Source: Actinomycetota bacterium (GTDB lineage Bacteria; Actinomycetota; Geothermincolia; Geothermincolales; RBG-13-55-18). From it: a DNA stretch of 64,000 nucleotides. The DNA lies in contig JAFGDU010000046.1 of assembly GCA_016931915.1 (NCBI GenBank), positions 410 to 64,409 of the forward strand, given 5' to 3'. Both the position numbers and the translations under genes were made by a program. The first letter of the stretch is position 1; each line of letters begins with the position of its first letter. Shown here in pieces: positions 10,195 through 20,508 of the stretch. The notes beneath the pieces were generated by a model. The model saw only the letters and a list, made by a program, of their open reading frames with translations, had not been told where the DNA came from and did not search any database.

Positions 10195-10297
10195 GATCGA
10201 TAAAGGAACTCGTCACGGAGGCATGAGATAGGGGTCATCGCAGCTGCGCTGCGCAGGTTTGCTATGGCTCTCGGATCGATATTAGGAGCGATGATCG

Positions 10298-11125
10298 GTG
10301 CAATTCTACAAATACCATGGAACGGGCAACGACTTCATCGTCCTCGATGCCATGGAGGAGGGGGTGTTCCTGTCCCCACGGGAAATAGAGGCGCTGTGCC
10401 AGCGCCACACGGGCATAGGCGCCGATGGGGTCATATTCGCATGCCCGCCCCTTGCGGCGGACGCAGCCATGCGTATATTCAATGCGGATGGCAGTGAGGC
10501 GGAGATGTGCGGGAACGGCATACGCTGCCTTGCCAAGTATCTTTTCGAAAGAATGGGGATTAAACGCGAGGATATGTTTATCGAAACGGGCGGCGGCACC
10601 AGGCGCCTGCGCTTAGAGACTGTGGAAGGCCTGGTCAGGGAGGTACGGGTCGACATGGGCCTTCCAGAGCTGATGGGACGCGATCTGCCCGCTCCCGACG
10701 ATAATTCCCGTCCCGGCGAGGTCACCATCACCACGGCAGGCGGCGAGGTCTTTCACGCTTTCTGTCTGTCCATGGGTAACCCGCATTGCGTACTCTTTAT
10801 CGAGGATACGGAGATGGCCGATCTTGCGCGCATCGGTACCCTGCTCGAACGGCACGAGCTTTTCCCCAATCGCACCAACGTGGAGTTCGCCCAGGTGCTG
10901 GACGAGCGCCATATACTCTTGAGGGTGTGGGAACGCGGGGTAGGGGAGACGCAGGCGTGTGGGACCGGTGCATGCGCTGCTGCCGTCGCTGCCCTGCACA
11001 ACGGTGGATGTGCAGCTCCCGTGGAAGTGAGGCTTAGGGGTGGAGCGCTCGAGATAGACCTTGACGATCAGGGCCACGTTTATTTATCCGGACCGGCGGT
11101 GGAAGTTTTTCACGGAGAACTCTGA
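10298..11125 (+). CDS. dapF: Diaminopimelate epimerase
   Basis: FYKYHGTGNDFIVLD, NADGSEAEMCGNGIRC, SMGNPHCV and ACGTGACA contain the two catalytic Cys motifs. GTG start follows AGGAG. Confidence 0.93.
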   Translation: MQFYKYHGTGNDFIVLDAMEEGVFLSPREIEALCQRHTGIGADGVIFACPPLAADAAMRIFNADGSEAEMCGNGIRCLAKYLFERMGIKREDMFIETGGGTRRLRLETVEGLVREVRVDMGLPELMGRDLPAPDDNSRPGEVTITTAGGEVFHAFCLSMGNPHCVLFIEDTEMADLARIGTLLERHELFPNRTNVEFAQVLDERHILLRVWERGVGETQACGTGACAAAVAALHNGGCAAPVEVRLRGGALEIDLDDQGHVYLSGPAVEVFHGEL

Positions 11126-11149
11126 CCGCGTTGGCGAAAACGATGTTGC

Positions 11150-12340
11150 ATGCAGGCAGCATTTTTGAAGGGAGAGGGCTTGAAGGTTTCAAATCGCATC
11201 AGCGAATTGCCCCCGTATCTCTTTGCTGAGATAGACAGGCGCATCGAGGAGAAGAGAGACCAGGGAATAGACGTCATCAATTTCGGGGTCGGAGATCCCG
11301 ACCTTCCCACCCCTGCGCATATCGTTAAAGTCCTCTGCGAGGAGGCCTACGATCCGAGCAACCACCGCTATCCCTCATACCAGGGCATGCGGCGCTTCCG
11401 CGAGGCTGTAGCCGCGTGGATGGAAGGCCGCTTCGGAATCACCGCCGATCCCGACAGGGAGGTGCTTGCACTCATAGGCTCCAAGGAGGGCATCGCCCAT
11501 TTTCCCATGGCATTCATGGATCCGGGGGACTTCACCCTGATCCCGAACCCCTCGTATCCGGTTTACCGCACTGCGACTACGTTCTGTGGGGGGATACCGG
11601 TGGAGATGCCATTGAGGGAAGAGGATGGATTCCTGCCCGTACTGTCGTCGATATCCGGGTCGACCTGGCATAAGGTCAAACTGCTCTTCGTCAACTATCC
11701 GAACAATCCAACTGCATCCGTCGCGGACCACGGCTTTTTCGAGGAACTGGTGCACTACGCTCGCAAGCACGAGGTCGTCCTGGTACACGATAATGCATAC
11801 TCCGAGATCACCTATAATGGTTACAGCGCACCCTCGCTGCTGGAGGTAAACGGGGCGATGGAAACCGCGATAGAGTTCCACTCCCTTTCCAAAACCTACA
11901 ACATGACCGGGTGGCGCATTGGTTTCGCCGTCGGCGGCAAGGATATTATAGCTCCCTTCGCCAAGGTGAAGGAGAACGTCGATTCCGGTGTCTTTAATGC
12001 TGTGCAGCTGGCTGCCGTGGCCGCGCTGGAAGGGCCGCAGGATTGCGTGCGCGATAATATCGCCGTCTACCAGCGCCGGCGTGATATCCTCCTGGAAGCA
12101 TTACGTTCCATCGGATGGGAGGTCCCGACACCACAGGCGACTCTGTATGTGTGGATGAAGGTCCCCCGTGGCTACGATTCCCACAGCTTTACGGGCGAGC
12201 TCCTGGAGAGAGCCGCGATCGTGGTGGCGCCGGGATCCGCCTACGGCTCTTATGGTGAGGGATACATCCGTTTTTCCCTCACCCTCCCGGATCAGCGCCT
12301 GCTGGAGGGTGTCGATCGTATAAAGAGGGCTTTCTCCTGA
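11150..12340 (+). CDS. dapL: LL-diaminopimelate aminotransferase-type class I aminotransferase
   Basis: LPPYLFAEID...INFGVGDPDLPTP, SLSKTYNMTGWRIG (PLP lysine) and a position next to dapF. The start may be TTG at 11180. Confidence 0.7.
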   Translation: MQAAFLKGEGLKVSNRISELPPYLFAEIDRRIEEKRDQGIDVINFGVGDPDLPTPAHIVKVLCEEAYDPSNHRYPSYQGMRRFREAVAAWMEGRFGITADPDREVLALIGSKEGIAHFPMAFMDPGDFTLIPNPSYPVYRTATTFCGGIPVEMPLREEDGFLPVLSSISGSTWHKVKLLFVNYPNNPTASVADHGFFEELVHYARKHEVVLVHDNAYSEITYNGYSAPSLLEVNGAMETAIEFHSLSKTYNMTGWRIGFAVGGKDIIAPFAKVKENVDSGVFNAVQLAAVAALEGPQDCVRDNIAVYQRRRDILLEALRSIGWEVPTPQATLYVWMKVPRGYDSHSFTGELLERAAIVVAPGSAYGSYGEGYIRFSLTLPDQRLLEGVDRIKRAFS

Positions 12341-12420
12341 AGGCCATGTCAAACGCGAGCAGAAATCTCCGGCGTTCTCTCTGCCCTCGCAAGCAAGGAT
12401 ACCACGGGCCGTGATCGATT

Positions 12421-13731
12421 ATGGAAGATAAAGATAACTATACCGGCGGGGGAGACAACGAGCGCAAGGAAAAGGCGGTACTTGTCAGCGTACGTTGGGG
12501 CGAAACACCAACTCAGGTTGCGGAGGAAAGCCTGCTTGAATTGCGCTCGCTGGCTGAAACCGCTGGTGCCGAGGTCGTAGGAACGATTTTGCAGGCACGC
12601 CCCAGGCCGGACCCAGCTACTTTCATCGGTAAGGGCAAACTTGTCGAGCTCGCTGACATGGTATCTTCAGGCTCCGCTGACCTGGTAATCTTCGATCAGG
12701 ATCTCAGCCCCTCCCAGCAGCGTAATCTCGAGAAAGAACTCGATCTCAAGGTGCTCGACCGCACGGCTCTGATCCTGGACATATTTGCGCTGCATGCTCA
12801 CTCCAAGGAGGGGAAGGCGCAGGTCGAGATGGCACAACTGCGCTACAGCCTGACGCATCTGACCGGAAGGGGGGTCGAGCTTAGCCGCCTTGGCGGCGGT
12901 ATCGGAACGAGGGGTCCGGGCGAGACCAAGCTGGAAGTCGACCGCAGGCGCATTAACACGCGCATCAAGACCCTCGACCGCGAGCTCAAGGATCTCCTCC
13001 GTATAAGGAAGTTAAAACGCAAGCGCCGTGAGCGCCGCGATGTAGCGACCTTCGCGCTGATCGGTTACACCAACGCAGGCAAGTCGTCTCTGCTCAACGC
13101 CCTCACCGATGCCGGCGTGCTTGTGGAGGACCAGCTCTTCTCCACCCTGGATCCCATAACGCGCAGCATCGAGCTTGCTCCAAACCGGCACGCCGTGATA
13201 ACGGATACGGTCGGGTTCATAAACCACCTCCCCCATCAACTGGTCGAGGCCTTCAAGTCTACCCTGGAGGAGGTGAGGGAAGCGGATGTTCTTCTCCACG
13301 TGATCGATGCCGCTACCCCGGCCGTGGCAAGCAGGATCACTGCCGTCGATGATGTCCTGGAGGAACTCGACGCCGGAGAGATGCCCACCATCTATATCTT
13401 CAACAAGTGCGATCTGCTTCAAGCGGAGGAGCGGAGGGAGATCGTGAAAGACCACCCGTACGGCTTACTGGTATCAACGCTGACGGGCGAAGGCCTGGAG
13501 GGACTGCTCGAGAGGATGTCCGCATCGCTGCAGAGATCGGCCGTCGTGCGTTTGATATTGCCACACAGCGAGGGAGAGCTGCTCTCCCTGCTATACAGGA
13601 GAGGGCGGGTTCTCGAACTGGTCGCTGACGCCCGCGGCTATCACGTCGCGGCGGAGATCCCCCGGGATCTCCTCTACCGCTTTGAGGACTTTGGGTGCGA
13701 GAACGATTCCGCAGATGAGGATGAAGGTTGA
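12421..13731 (+). CDS. hflX: GTPase HflX
   Basis: HflX N-domain (DQDLSPSQQRNLE, LILDIFALHA), RGPGETKLEVDRR, and G1 GYTNAGKSSL, G3 DTVGF, G4 NKCD. Confidence 0.93.
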   Translation: MEDKDNYTGGGDNERKEKAVLVSVRWGETPTQVAEESLLELRSLAETAGAEVVGTILQARPRPDPATFIGKGKLVELADMVSSGSADLVIFDQDLSPSQQRNLEKELDLKVLDRTALILDIFALHAHSKEGKAQVEMAQLRYSLTHLTGRGVELSRLGGGIGTRGPGETKLEVDRRRINTRIKTLDRELKDLLRIRKLKRKRRERRDVATFALIGYTNAGKSSLLNALTDAGVLVEDQLFSTLDPITRSIELAPNRHAVITDTVGFINHLPHQLVEAFKSTLEEVREADVLLHVIDAATPAVASRITAVDDVLEELDAGEMPTIYIFNKCDLLQAEERREIVKDHPYGLLVSTLTGEGLEGLLERMSASLQRSAVVRLILPHSEGELLSLLYRRGRVLELVADARGYHVAAEIPRDLLYRFEDFGCENDSADEDEG

Positions 13732-13739
13732 AACGGGCA

Positions 13740-13773
13740 TGCAGCCCTACAGTTTCCCTTTTTGTCGTTTCTG
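13740..13773 (+). terminator. Probable intrinsic terminator after hflX
   Basis: GAAAC-GGGC-atgca-GCCC-taca-GTTTC bulged hairpin followed by CCTTTTT. Confidence 0.45.
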
Positions 13774-14066
13774 AACTGCATAATAGGGATCGTGGATCGG
13801 TGCAAGACCGACTTTACCCTGTATAGACAGATGAAAAGACGCAGCTTGCTTGCCGACCATATCGACGGCCTCATCCGGGCCGGCAACGGGCAAGGTAGAG
13901 GATCGTGTATGCCCCATGGGGCCGGTAAGTGCCGGACGGTGGTAATATGGGTAAAACGCATGCATAAGAGGGGGCCGAAGGCGGCTATACGGTCGCGTTG
14001 CTGCTCGACCCCTTCCGGCAGTGGGGAAATGGCCAGGACATATAGCGTGAATCAGGTGGACGTCCA

Positions 14067-16163
14067 GTGATGCATGACACCGGTTACGGGGAACGCGAGG
14101 TCTACAACCCGCGCAGGAGGGAGTTCCTCTTTCGCATCCTCTTCGCCCTGTCTTTTCTGGCCGTAGTGCAGCTGCATCACTTCAATATAGATCTCGGGGG
14201 AGAGATAGACTTCACCTCGCTCTACATCCTTATCGGAGCCTACTTCATATATGCCCTTGTGCTGCTCCTGTTCCACGCCACCTTCAGCCTGAACGGCCCG
14301 CTGGGATGGGCGGTTGCATGCGTAGACGTATTCAGCCTCTGCGCGGCCATCTTCTTCTGCGGCGGTGTCGAGAGCTACCTCTTTCTCTCCTTTGGCATAC
14401 TGCCTCTGATCGGTGGGATATTCGGCGATTACAAAGGGGCGTTGTATACGGGCTTGCTCTGCCTCATAGGCTTTACCGGCATAGTCATCTTCGATGCACA
14501 GCAGTCCGCCACGTACAACTATGCTCAGGGTATTGCCTTGCGTTACGCCTTTATAATCGGTGCTACCGTACTGGGCGTCTTCATAATAGACCTGGTGTTG
14601 AAGGACAGGAACCGGCTCAAGATCTTCTACGAGATAAGCCAGAGTTCCAGCAAAAGCCCCGCCCTTTATAACGTGCTCAAGGAGATAACCCAGCGCATGG
14701 CTGAGATACTCAAGGCGGAGGTCGCCCTGGTGTTCCTCCATAACGAGGAGGCAGAGACGCTGGAAGCGCAGCAACCATCCCTAGGGCTTGACTTCATCAG
14801 TACGTCGAGGCTGCGGCTCGACGCAGCAGCGCCCGGCGTGCTCTCCAACTGTTTTCGCAATGTCAAACCAGTGCTGGTGTCACGCCGCCTTTCAAGGGAG
14901 GTGGAAGTACTCCCCTTCGCACCCGACTACAACGTCTTCGATCTCATTGCGTGCCCCCTGGTGGCCAGAGGGAAAAGCATCGGTCTCATCGTACTCGCCA
15001 ACAAGCTAAACCGCTGGGGCTTCAACCGGCGCGATCTCACTCTGACCGAGCTTCTCGCTCCCCATATCTCAGTCTTCCTGGACAATGCGCTCCTCTACCG
15101 CGGCAGCGAGGAGAAAGTCGCGCAGCTCACCAGCCTGATCAGGGTGGTCGATGCCATCAATACCGTCTCCAACCTCAACCAGCTCTACAACCTGGCTCTG
15201 GACGTGATCCGCGGCCTTTTCGCCGTGGAAAAGGCGCTCATAAACATCATCGACAGCAAGACGGGCCTCATGGAGACGGTACGTAGTTTCGGGTACAGTG
15301 AGGAATACACAGATCGCCATCTCACGCAGCCCTTCGAATCGGTCAACGAGTGCTTCGTGCTCTCGCACGACAGGACGTTCCTCAGTATGGACGTGACCAA
15401 GGATGCCCGTTGCCCAAACATGCTCGTGGACCCGGAGACGACCTCTGTGCTGTGTGTGCCCATCCGCTCCGGGAAAAAGATCTACGGCATCATGCATATG
15501 GCCAGCAGGTACCAGAACGCTTTCGACGAGGAGGATGCGACGCTGGCGAACGCAATCTGCGAGCAGATAGGCATGGCGGTGGAGAGCGCCCAGCTCTTCG
15601 AGGAGGTGAGCCGCCTCGCCATCACCGATGAACTTACCGGCCTCTATAATATCCGCCACCTCAAACGTGTCCTGGGCGAGGAGGTAAAGCGCTCCGTCCG
15701 CTACAACCGCCCCCTGTCTTTCTTCATGCTCGATATCGACTGGTTCAAGATATACAATGACCAGCACGGGCATCCGCGCGGCGATGAGATACTGCGTATC
15801 CTCTCAGGGCTGCTGCAGCAGAACACGCGAGACGTCGACACCGTTTTCCGTTACGGCGGCGAGGAGTTCTCCGTGATCATACCCGAGGTCAGCAAGGATG
15901 AGGCCTATGCTATGGCGGAACGTATACGCCGCGTCATCCAGGAATATGTCTTTCCCTACGAGGAAGACCAACCAGGCGGCAACCTCACGGTGAGCATAGG
16001 GGTAGCAAATCTTCCCGACGATGCCGACGAGGGAGACGAGTTGGTCGAAAATGCCGACCGCGCACTATACAGGGCAAAGCACAGTGGACGCAACCGGGCT
16101 TGTATGTTCAATCCAAGCGAGGACGGACGCGGCGCTCAGCCCCGCCGACCAACCTCGAACTAG
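14067..16163 (+). CDS. Membrane-bound GAF-domain diguanylate cyclase (GGDEF)
   Basis: About 6 N-terminal TM helices and tandem GAF-like regions. The C-terminal GGDEF domain has an active-site RYGGEEF and an RDVD I-site 5 residues upstream. Confidence 0.88.
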   Translation: MMHDTGYGEREVYNPRRREFLFRILFALSFLAVVQLHHFNIDLGGEIDFTSLYILIGAYFIYALVLLLFHATFSLNGPLGWAVACVDVFSLCAAIFFCGGVESYLFLSFGILPLIGGIFGDYKGALYTGLLCLIGFTGIVIFDAQQSATYNYAQGIALRYAFIIGATVLGVFIIDLVLKDRNRLKIFYEISQSSSKSPALYNVLKEITQRMAEILKAEVALVFLHNEEAETLEAQQPSLGLDFISTSRLRLDAAAPGVLSNCFRNVKPVLVSRRLSREVEVLPFAPDYNVFDLIACPLVARGKSIGLIVLANKLNRWGFNRRDLTLTELLAPHISVFLDNALLYRGSEEKVAQLTSLIRVVDAINTVSNLNQLYNLALDVIRGLFAVEKALINIIDSKTGLMETVRSFGYSEEYTDRHLTQPFESVNECFVLSHDRTFLSMDVTKDARCPNMLVDPETTSVLCVPIRSGKKIYGIMHMASRYQNAFDEEDATLANAICEQIGMAVESAQLFEEVSRLAITDELTGLYNIRHLKRVLGEEVKRSVRYNRPLSFFMLDIDWFKIYNDQHGHPRGDEILRILSGLLQQNTRDVDTVFRYGGEEFSVIIPEVSKDEAYAMAERIRRVIQEYVFPYEEDQPGGNLTVSIGVANLPDDADEGDELVENADRALYRAKHSGRNRACMFNPSEDGRGAQPRRPTSN

Positions 16164-16370
16164 GGGCCGCACATGAAGATGCATGCGTCGGATAGCAGCG
16201 AGGAAGCTGGCGGATGGAGCACAATACGATATCCGGTCGTGAGGCCACATCGTGGCCACGTTCGAGGTAACCGCCCTTTCACCGTACGGCCGAGGCAATG
16301 AGGGATCACGCCCGGGCGTTGCAATGGGGAAGTCCTGCTTATAGAATTAATAATCTGAAAGCGAGATCAT

Positions 16371-16448
16371 CGGGATGTGGCGCAGCTTGGTTAGCGCGCT
16401 TGACTGGGGGTCAAGAGGTCGCCGGTTCAAATCCGGCCATCCCGACCA
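16371..16448 (+). tRNA. tRNA-Pro (anticodon GGG), CCA encoded
   Basis: Manual cloverleaf: acceptor CGGGATG/CATCCCG, D arm GCGC-AGCTTGGTTA-GCGC, anticodon arm CTTGA-CTGGGGG-TCAAG. T arm is GCCGG-TTCAAAT-CCGGC, then discriminator A and CCA. Confidence 0.93.
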
Positions 16449-16456
16449 GATGAGAC

Positions 16457-16483
16457 GGGCGGGATACGTCTTCCGCCCTTTTT
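16457..16483 (+). terminator. Intrinsic terminator after tRNA-Pro
   Basis: GGGCGGGA-tacgtc-TTCCGCCC hairpin followed by TTTTT. Confidence 0.7.
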
Positions 16484-16514
16484 GGTATAGGGCTGAGAGC
16501 AAGGGAGGTTGCCC

Positions 16515-17135
16515 ATGATCAAAAAGAATATCGCAAACTTCTTCACCTGTCTGCGCATTTTTCTTATTCCCGTAGTGATCTGGCTGATCTCCATTATGTC
16601 GAAAGAGACCGTTGACGCGGAACACTGGTGGGCGTTGGGAGTGTTCATGTTCGCCGCCTCTACCGATTTCATCGACGGACAGATAGCACGGCGTACTAAC
16701 ACTATCTCGGAATTCGGAAAACTCGTCGATCCCCTCGCAGATCGCCTGCTCGTCATCTCCGTTCTGGTAGCCTTGATGTGGCGTGAGTTCATACCACTGT
16801 GGATGGGAATCCTCATCGTGAGCAGGGACGTGCTGATGCTGGCAGGAGCGCCCATCATAGGGATCAACGACAAGGAGGTGCGTGAGAAGCTGGCTGTGCA
16901 CTGGACCGGCAAAGCGGCAACGGCGCTGCTTTTTACCTCCATCTGTCTCTTCATACTGCTCAATTTGCCCGCCAAAGCAGACGCCGGATTCTTCGGCAAG
17001 GTGAATCCCGTCGGCTTTGTCATTTTCTGCCTGGGTATCGTCTTCTCCTACCTGAGCGGTTTTATCTACGTACGACGGGGTATAAAGTTGATAGGCGCCG
17101 GCCGTACGGAAGGCGGTGAAGCTGGGGCCGATTGA
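16515..17135 (+). CDS. pgsA: CDP-alcohol phosphatidyltransferase (phosphatidylglycerophosphate synthase-like)
   Basis: DFIDGQIARRTNTISEFGKLVDPLADRL matches the D-G-x2-A-R...G-x3-D-x3-D signature, and the protein is multi-TM. The ATG at 16515 follows AAGGGAGG. Confidence 0.8.
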   Translation: MIKKNIANFFTCLRIFLIPVVIWLISIMSKETVDAEHWWALGVFMFAASTDFIDGQIARRTNTISEFGKLVDPLADRLLVISVLVALMWREFIPLWMGILIVSRDVLMLAGAPIIGINDKEVREKLAVHWTGKAATALLFTSICLFILLNLPAKADAGFFGKVNPVGFVIFCLGIVFSYLSGFIYVRRGIKLIGAGRTEGGEAGAD

Positions 17136-17212
17136 AGGCTTCATGAAGACGTCACGTCCATTGGCCACATGGTGCATAGTGTACTTCGGCTACAGATCAA
17201 GGAGGTATCATC

Positions 17213-17896
17213 ATGGCCTCTCCTTATGCCAGGGAAAGGGACCTCACAGAAGCAGTACGCATAAGCTGGCTGGGGCACGCGATGTTCCTGGCCGAGGACG
17301 GCGAGGGGCACCGCCTGGCCACCGACCCTTACAACGATTACGTGGGGTACCCGCTTCCGGATATCGAAGCCGGCATCGTCCTGGTAAGCCACGACCATGC
17401 CGACCATTCCAATACCGGCATGATCAAGGGGAACCCGGTCGTGGTGCACGACCCATCGGCGCGGGATGTCGCCGGGATCAAGATCGCAGGATTCCCGACT
17501 TTTCACGATGCCAAGAAAGGGGCCGAGCGAGGAAACAATATCATCTTCCGCTGGGAGATGCAGGGCCTTACCTTCGTCCACCTGGGGGACCTCGGCCATG
17601 CCCTCGACGCTGAGACCGCGGGGGAGCTGGCGGGGCCCGACGTGCTTTTTGTGCCTGTGGGCGGCTTCTTTACCATAGAGCCTGACATAGCCGCCGAGGT
17701 CGTCGAAGTGCTGAAGCCGCGTATCGCCGTGCCCATGCACTTTCGCAACGATGCTTGCGGGTTTCCCATCGAGACGGAGGGGCCGTTTGTCGCGCATTTC
17801 TCCGCCGTGGAGAGAACGGGGAAGGAACCCGTCTATATCTCCCCCGAAGATCTCCCTGAACCTACCCTCGTCCTGGTGATGGACTATATATCATGA
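17213..17896 (+). CDS. MBL-fold metallo-hydrolase
   Basis: WLGHAMFL..., the VSHDHADHSN metal-binding motif, and a later PMHF motif. Confidence 0.8.
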   Translation: MASPYARERDLTEAVRISWLGHAMFLAEDGEGHRLATDPYNDYVGYPLPDIEAGIVLVSHDHADHSNTGMIKGNPVVVHDPSARDVAGIKIAGFPTFHDAKKGAERGNNIIFRWEMQGLTFVHLGDLGHALDAETAGELAGPDVLFVPVGGFFTIEPDIAAEVVEVLKPRIAVPMHFRNDACGFPIETEGPFVAHFSAVERTGKEPVYISPEDLPEPTLVLVMDYIS

Positions 17897-17922
17897 GGAT
17901 GAGGACAGAGGAGGATATGGGC

Positions 17923-20421
17923 ATGAAAGCGGTGATCATGGCGGGCGGGCAGGGCACCCGGCTGCGCCCCCTCACCAGTAACCAGCCAAAACCGATGCTG
18001 CCGGTAGTAAACCGTCCCATGATGGAACACATAGTCAAACTCCTTACCCGCTACGGCTTCGTGGACATGATCGCCACCCTGCAGTTTCTGCCCAGCCTGA
18101 TCAGCAATTATTTCGGTGACGGCAGCGAATGGGGGGCCAACATGCTTTATTCCACGGAGTTCATGCCCCTCGGTACGGCGGGCAGCGTCAAGAACAGCTC
18201 ACATTTCCTGGACGATACCTTCCTCGTGATCAGCGGAGATGCCCTCACCGACATAGATTTGACCAAGGTCGTCGATTTTCACCGCCGCAACAATTCCGTA
18301 GCCACCCTGACCCTTATACGCGCGGAGAACCCGCTGGAATTCGGTATCGTAGTGACGGACGCGGAGGGGCACATCGAGCGCTTCCTGGAGAAGCCCAACT
18401 GGGGCCAGGTCTTCAGCGATACCATCAACACCGGCATCTACGTGCTCGAGCCGGAGGTGCTGGATCACGTCCCCGAGGGAGAATCCTTCGACTTCTCAAA
18501 GGACCTCTTTCCCTACCTGTTGCGGGAAGGTTATCCTCTCTTCGGATACGTCGCGGACGGATACTGGTGCGACATCGGGAATTTCGAGCAGTATACTGCC
18601 GCGCACAAGGATATCCTGGACCGCAAGGTGGATATCGACCCCCCTGGTTTCCGCATGTCAGAGAATATATGGGTGGGGGAGGGCGTGGATATCGAGGATG
18701 GGGCGGAGCTGCGCGGCCCCGTTGTCCTCGGCGATCACTGCAAGGTAGAGAAGGGGACGGTGCTGCGCGAATACTCCGTACTAGGACACAACGTGGTGGT
18801 CAAGCAGGACGCCTTCATCCATCGTGCCATAATCTATGACAATTCGTATATCGGGACCGGTTGTCACCTGAGGGGGTGCGTTGTCGCCAAGAACTGCGAC
18901 CTGAAGGGGAATATCCGCCTGGAGGAAGGTGTAGTGGTAGGGGACGAGTGTCTTATAGGCGAGAACGTCCTCGTCAATCACGATGTGAAGATCTACCCCT
19001 TCAAGACGGTGGAGACGGGCGCAACCGTGAATACGAGTATCATCTGGGAATCCAAGGGCCTGCGCACCCTCTTCGGCAAGAAGGCCATATCGGGCATAAT
19101 GAACATCGATGTAACCCCCGAGCAGGCACTGAGGATCGCCATGGCCTACGGCTCGACTCTCCCCATGGACTCCACCGTCGTAACCTCGCGTGATGCGTCC
19201 CGGTCGGCACGCACCATCAAGAGGGCGGTAATAACCGGCTTCAACGCATCCGGGGTCAACGTATCGGACCTCGAGGTATCCCCTTCCCCGGTAAACCGTT
19301 TTGCCATCGGGACGGAAAGGGCCATGGGCGGTGTTGACGTACGCATATCAGCCTTCGACCCTCAATCCATCGAGATACGCTTCTTCGACGAACAGGGTGT
19401 GGATATATCCGAAGCCAAACAACGGGATATTGAGAAGGTCTTCTTCCAGGCAAGTTTCCGCAGGGCATTCGTGGAAGAGATCGGCGCGATCCTTTTCCCT
19501 CCTCGCGTACTGGAGATGTATTCGAATTCACTCCTTGCCGAACTCGACATGGAACGCCTGCGGCAGAAGCATTTCCGGGTGGTCGTGGACTATGCTTTCG
19601 GAAGTACCAGCTTGATCATGCCGTCCATATTCGGAAAGATCGGTTGCGAAGCACTCAGTCTCAACAGCTTTACCGACGAAAAAAAGGTGACCATGAACCA
19701 GGAGGAATTGAACGCGGCGTTGAGAAACCTCTCTCAACTGGTAAAAAGCTCCGAGGCCGAGCTCGGAGTGCTCATGGATAATGCGGGAGAGAGATTATAC
19801 CTCCTTGATGACCAGGGAAGGCAGATCCACCCCCAGGCGGCCCTGTTGCTATTTGTGAAGCTTCTGAGCGAAACGGGGCGCCGGGGTAAAATCGCCGTTC
19901 CGGTGAGCATAACCTCACATGTCGAGAGGACTGCAGGTGAATATGGCAACGAGGTCGTGCGTACCAAGGTAAGCCGCAGCGATCTCATGAAAGCCTCGCT
20001 GAGCGAGGACGTGATCTTCGCGGGAGCTGGCAGCGGGGGTTTCATATTCCCATATTTCCTGCCGACCTATGATGCCATGGCCAGCACCGCGATATTGCTG
20101 GACAGCTTGAGCCTGGCAGGAAGACCACTCTCGGAACTTGTAGATGGTCTGCCCCCCATGCATCTGCTCTCAGAGGAGATCCCTGCATCATGGGATCATA
20201 AAGGACTGATCATGCGCCGGCTGGTAGAAGAAGTGGGCGAGGGGAGGCTGGAACTTATCGACGGAGTAAAAGTCCTGCTGGATGAATCCGCATGGATACT
20301 GGTACTGCCCGACCCCGACGAACCGTCACTTCACCTCATCTGCGAGGCTGAAGATGATACCCGCGCTGCGCGCATTATAGGGGAGTATGCGAAAAAGATC
20401 GTGGATATCGTTAGCGGTTGA
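17923..20421 (+). CDS. Bifunctional sugar-1-phosphate nucleotidyltransferase / phosphohexomutase
   Basis: The N-terminus MKAVIMAGGQGTRLRPLTSNQPKPMLPV is an NTP-transferase motif. It is followed by hexapeptide-repeat beta-helix and C-terminal PGM/PMM-like domains. The ATG at 17923 lies 8 nt after GGAGG. Confidence 0.8.
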   Translation: MKAVIMAGGQGTRLRPLTSNQPKPMLPVVNRPMMEHIVKLLTRYGFVDMIATLQFLPSLISNYFGDGSEWGANMLYSTEFMPLGTAGSVKNSSHFLDDTFLVISGDALTDIDLTKVVDFHRRNNSVATLTLIRAENPLEFGIVVTDAEGHIERFLEKPNWGQVFSDTINTGIYVLEPEVLDHVPEGESFDFSKDLFPYLLREGYPLFGYVADGYWCDIGNFEQYTAAHKDILDRKVDIDPPGFRMSENIWVGEGVDIEDGAELRGPVVLGDHCKVEKGTVLREYSVLGHNVVVKQDAFIHRAIIYDNSYIGTGCHLRGCVVAKNCDLKGNIRLEEGVVVGDECLIGENVLVNHDVKIYPFKTVETGATVNTSIIWESKGLRTLFGKKAISGIMNIDVTPEQALRIAMAYGSTLPMDSTVVTSRDASRSARTIKRAVITGFNASGVNVSDLEVSPSPVNRFAIGTERAMGGVDVRISAFDPQSIEIRFFDEQGVDISEAKQRDIEKVFFQASFRRAFVEEIGAILFPPRVLEMYSNSLLAELDMERLRQKHFRVVVDYAFGSTSLIMPSIFGKIGCEALSLNSFTDEKKVTMNQEELNAALRNLSQLVKSSEAELGVLMDNAGERLYLLDDQGRQIHPQAALLLFVKLLSETGRRGKIAVPVSITSHVERTAGEYGNEVVRTKVSRSDLMKASLSEDVIFAGAGSGGFIFPYFLPTYDAMASTAILLDSLSLAGRPLSELVDGLPPMHLLSEEIPASWDHKGLIMRRLVEEVGEGRLELIDGVKVLLDESAWILVLPDPDEPSLHLICEAEDDTRAARIIGEYAKKIVDIVSG

Positions 20422-20508
20422 GCGCATGTATTACGCCGTTTTCGATTTGCGGATATCATTTTGTATAAGAGCACGTTGGAGAGGAAAAGGCGGCGACATA
20501 CCATATAC

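Noticed and set aside
13774-14066. c-di-GMP (GEMM) riboswitch or small gene upstream of the GGDEF gene, including ORF 13762..14070 (102 aa) and minus-strand ORFs 13674..13965.
   Set aside because: No GEMM-like GNRA/receptor motif pattern was seen. The ORF translations are Arg/Cys-rich and lack ribosome-binding sites. The 290-nt spacer remains unexplained.
16347-17177. 276-aa minus-strand ORF spanning the tRNA-Pro gene and pgsA. Similar antisense ORFs: 14052..14774, 36641..37477, 40490..41191, 20578..21288.
   Set aside because: It overlaps a tRNA and well-supported CDSs on the other strand, and no recognisable domains are present.
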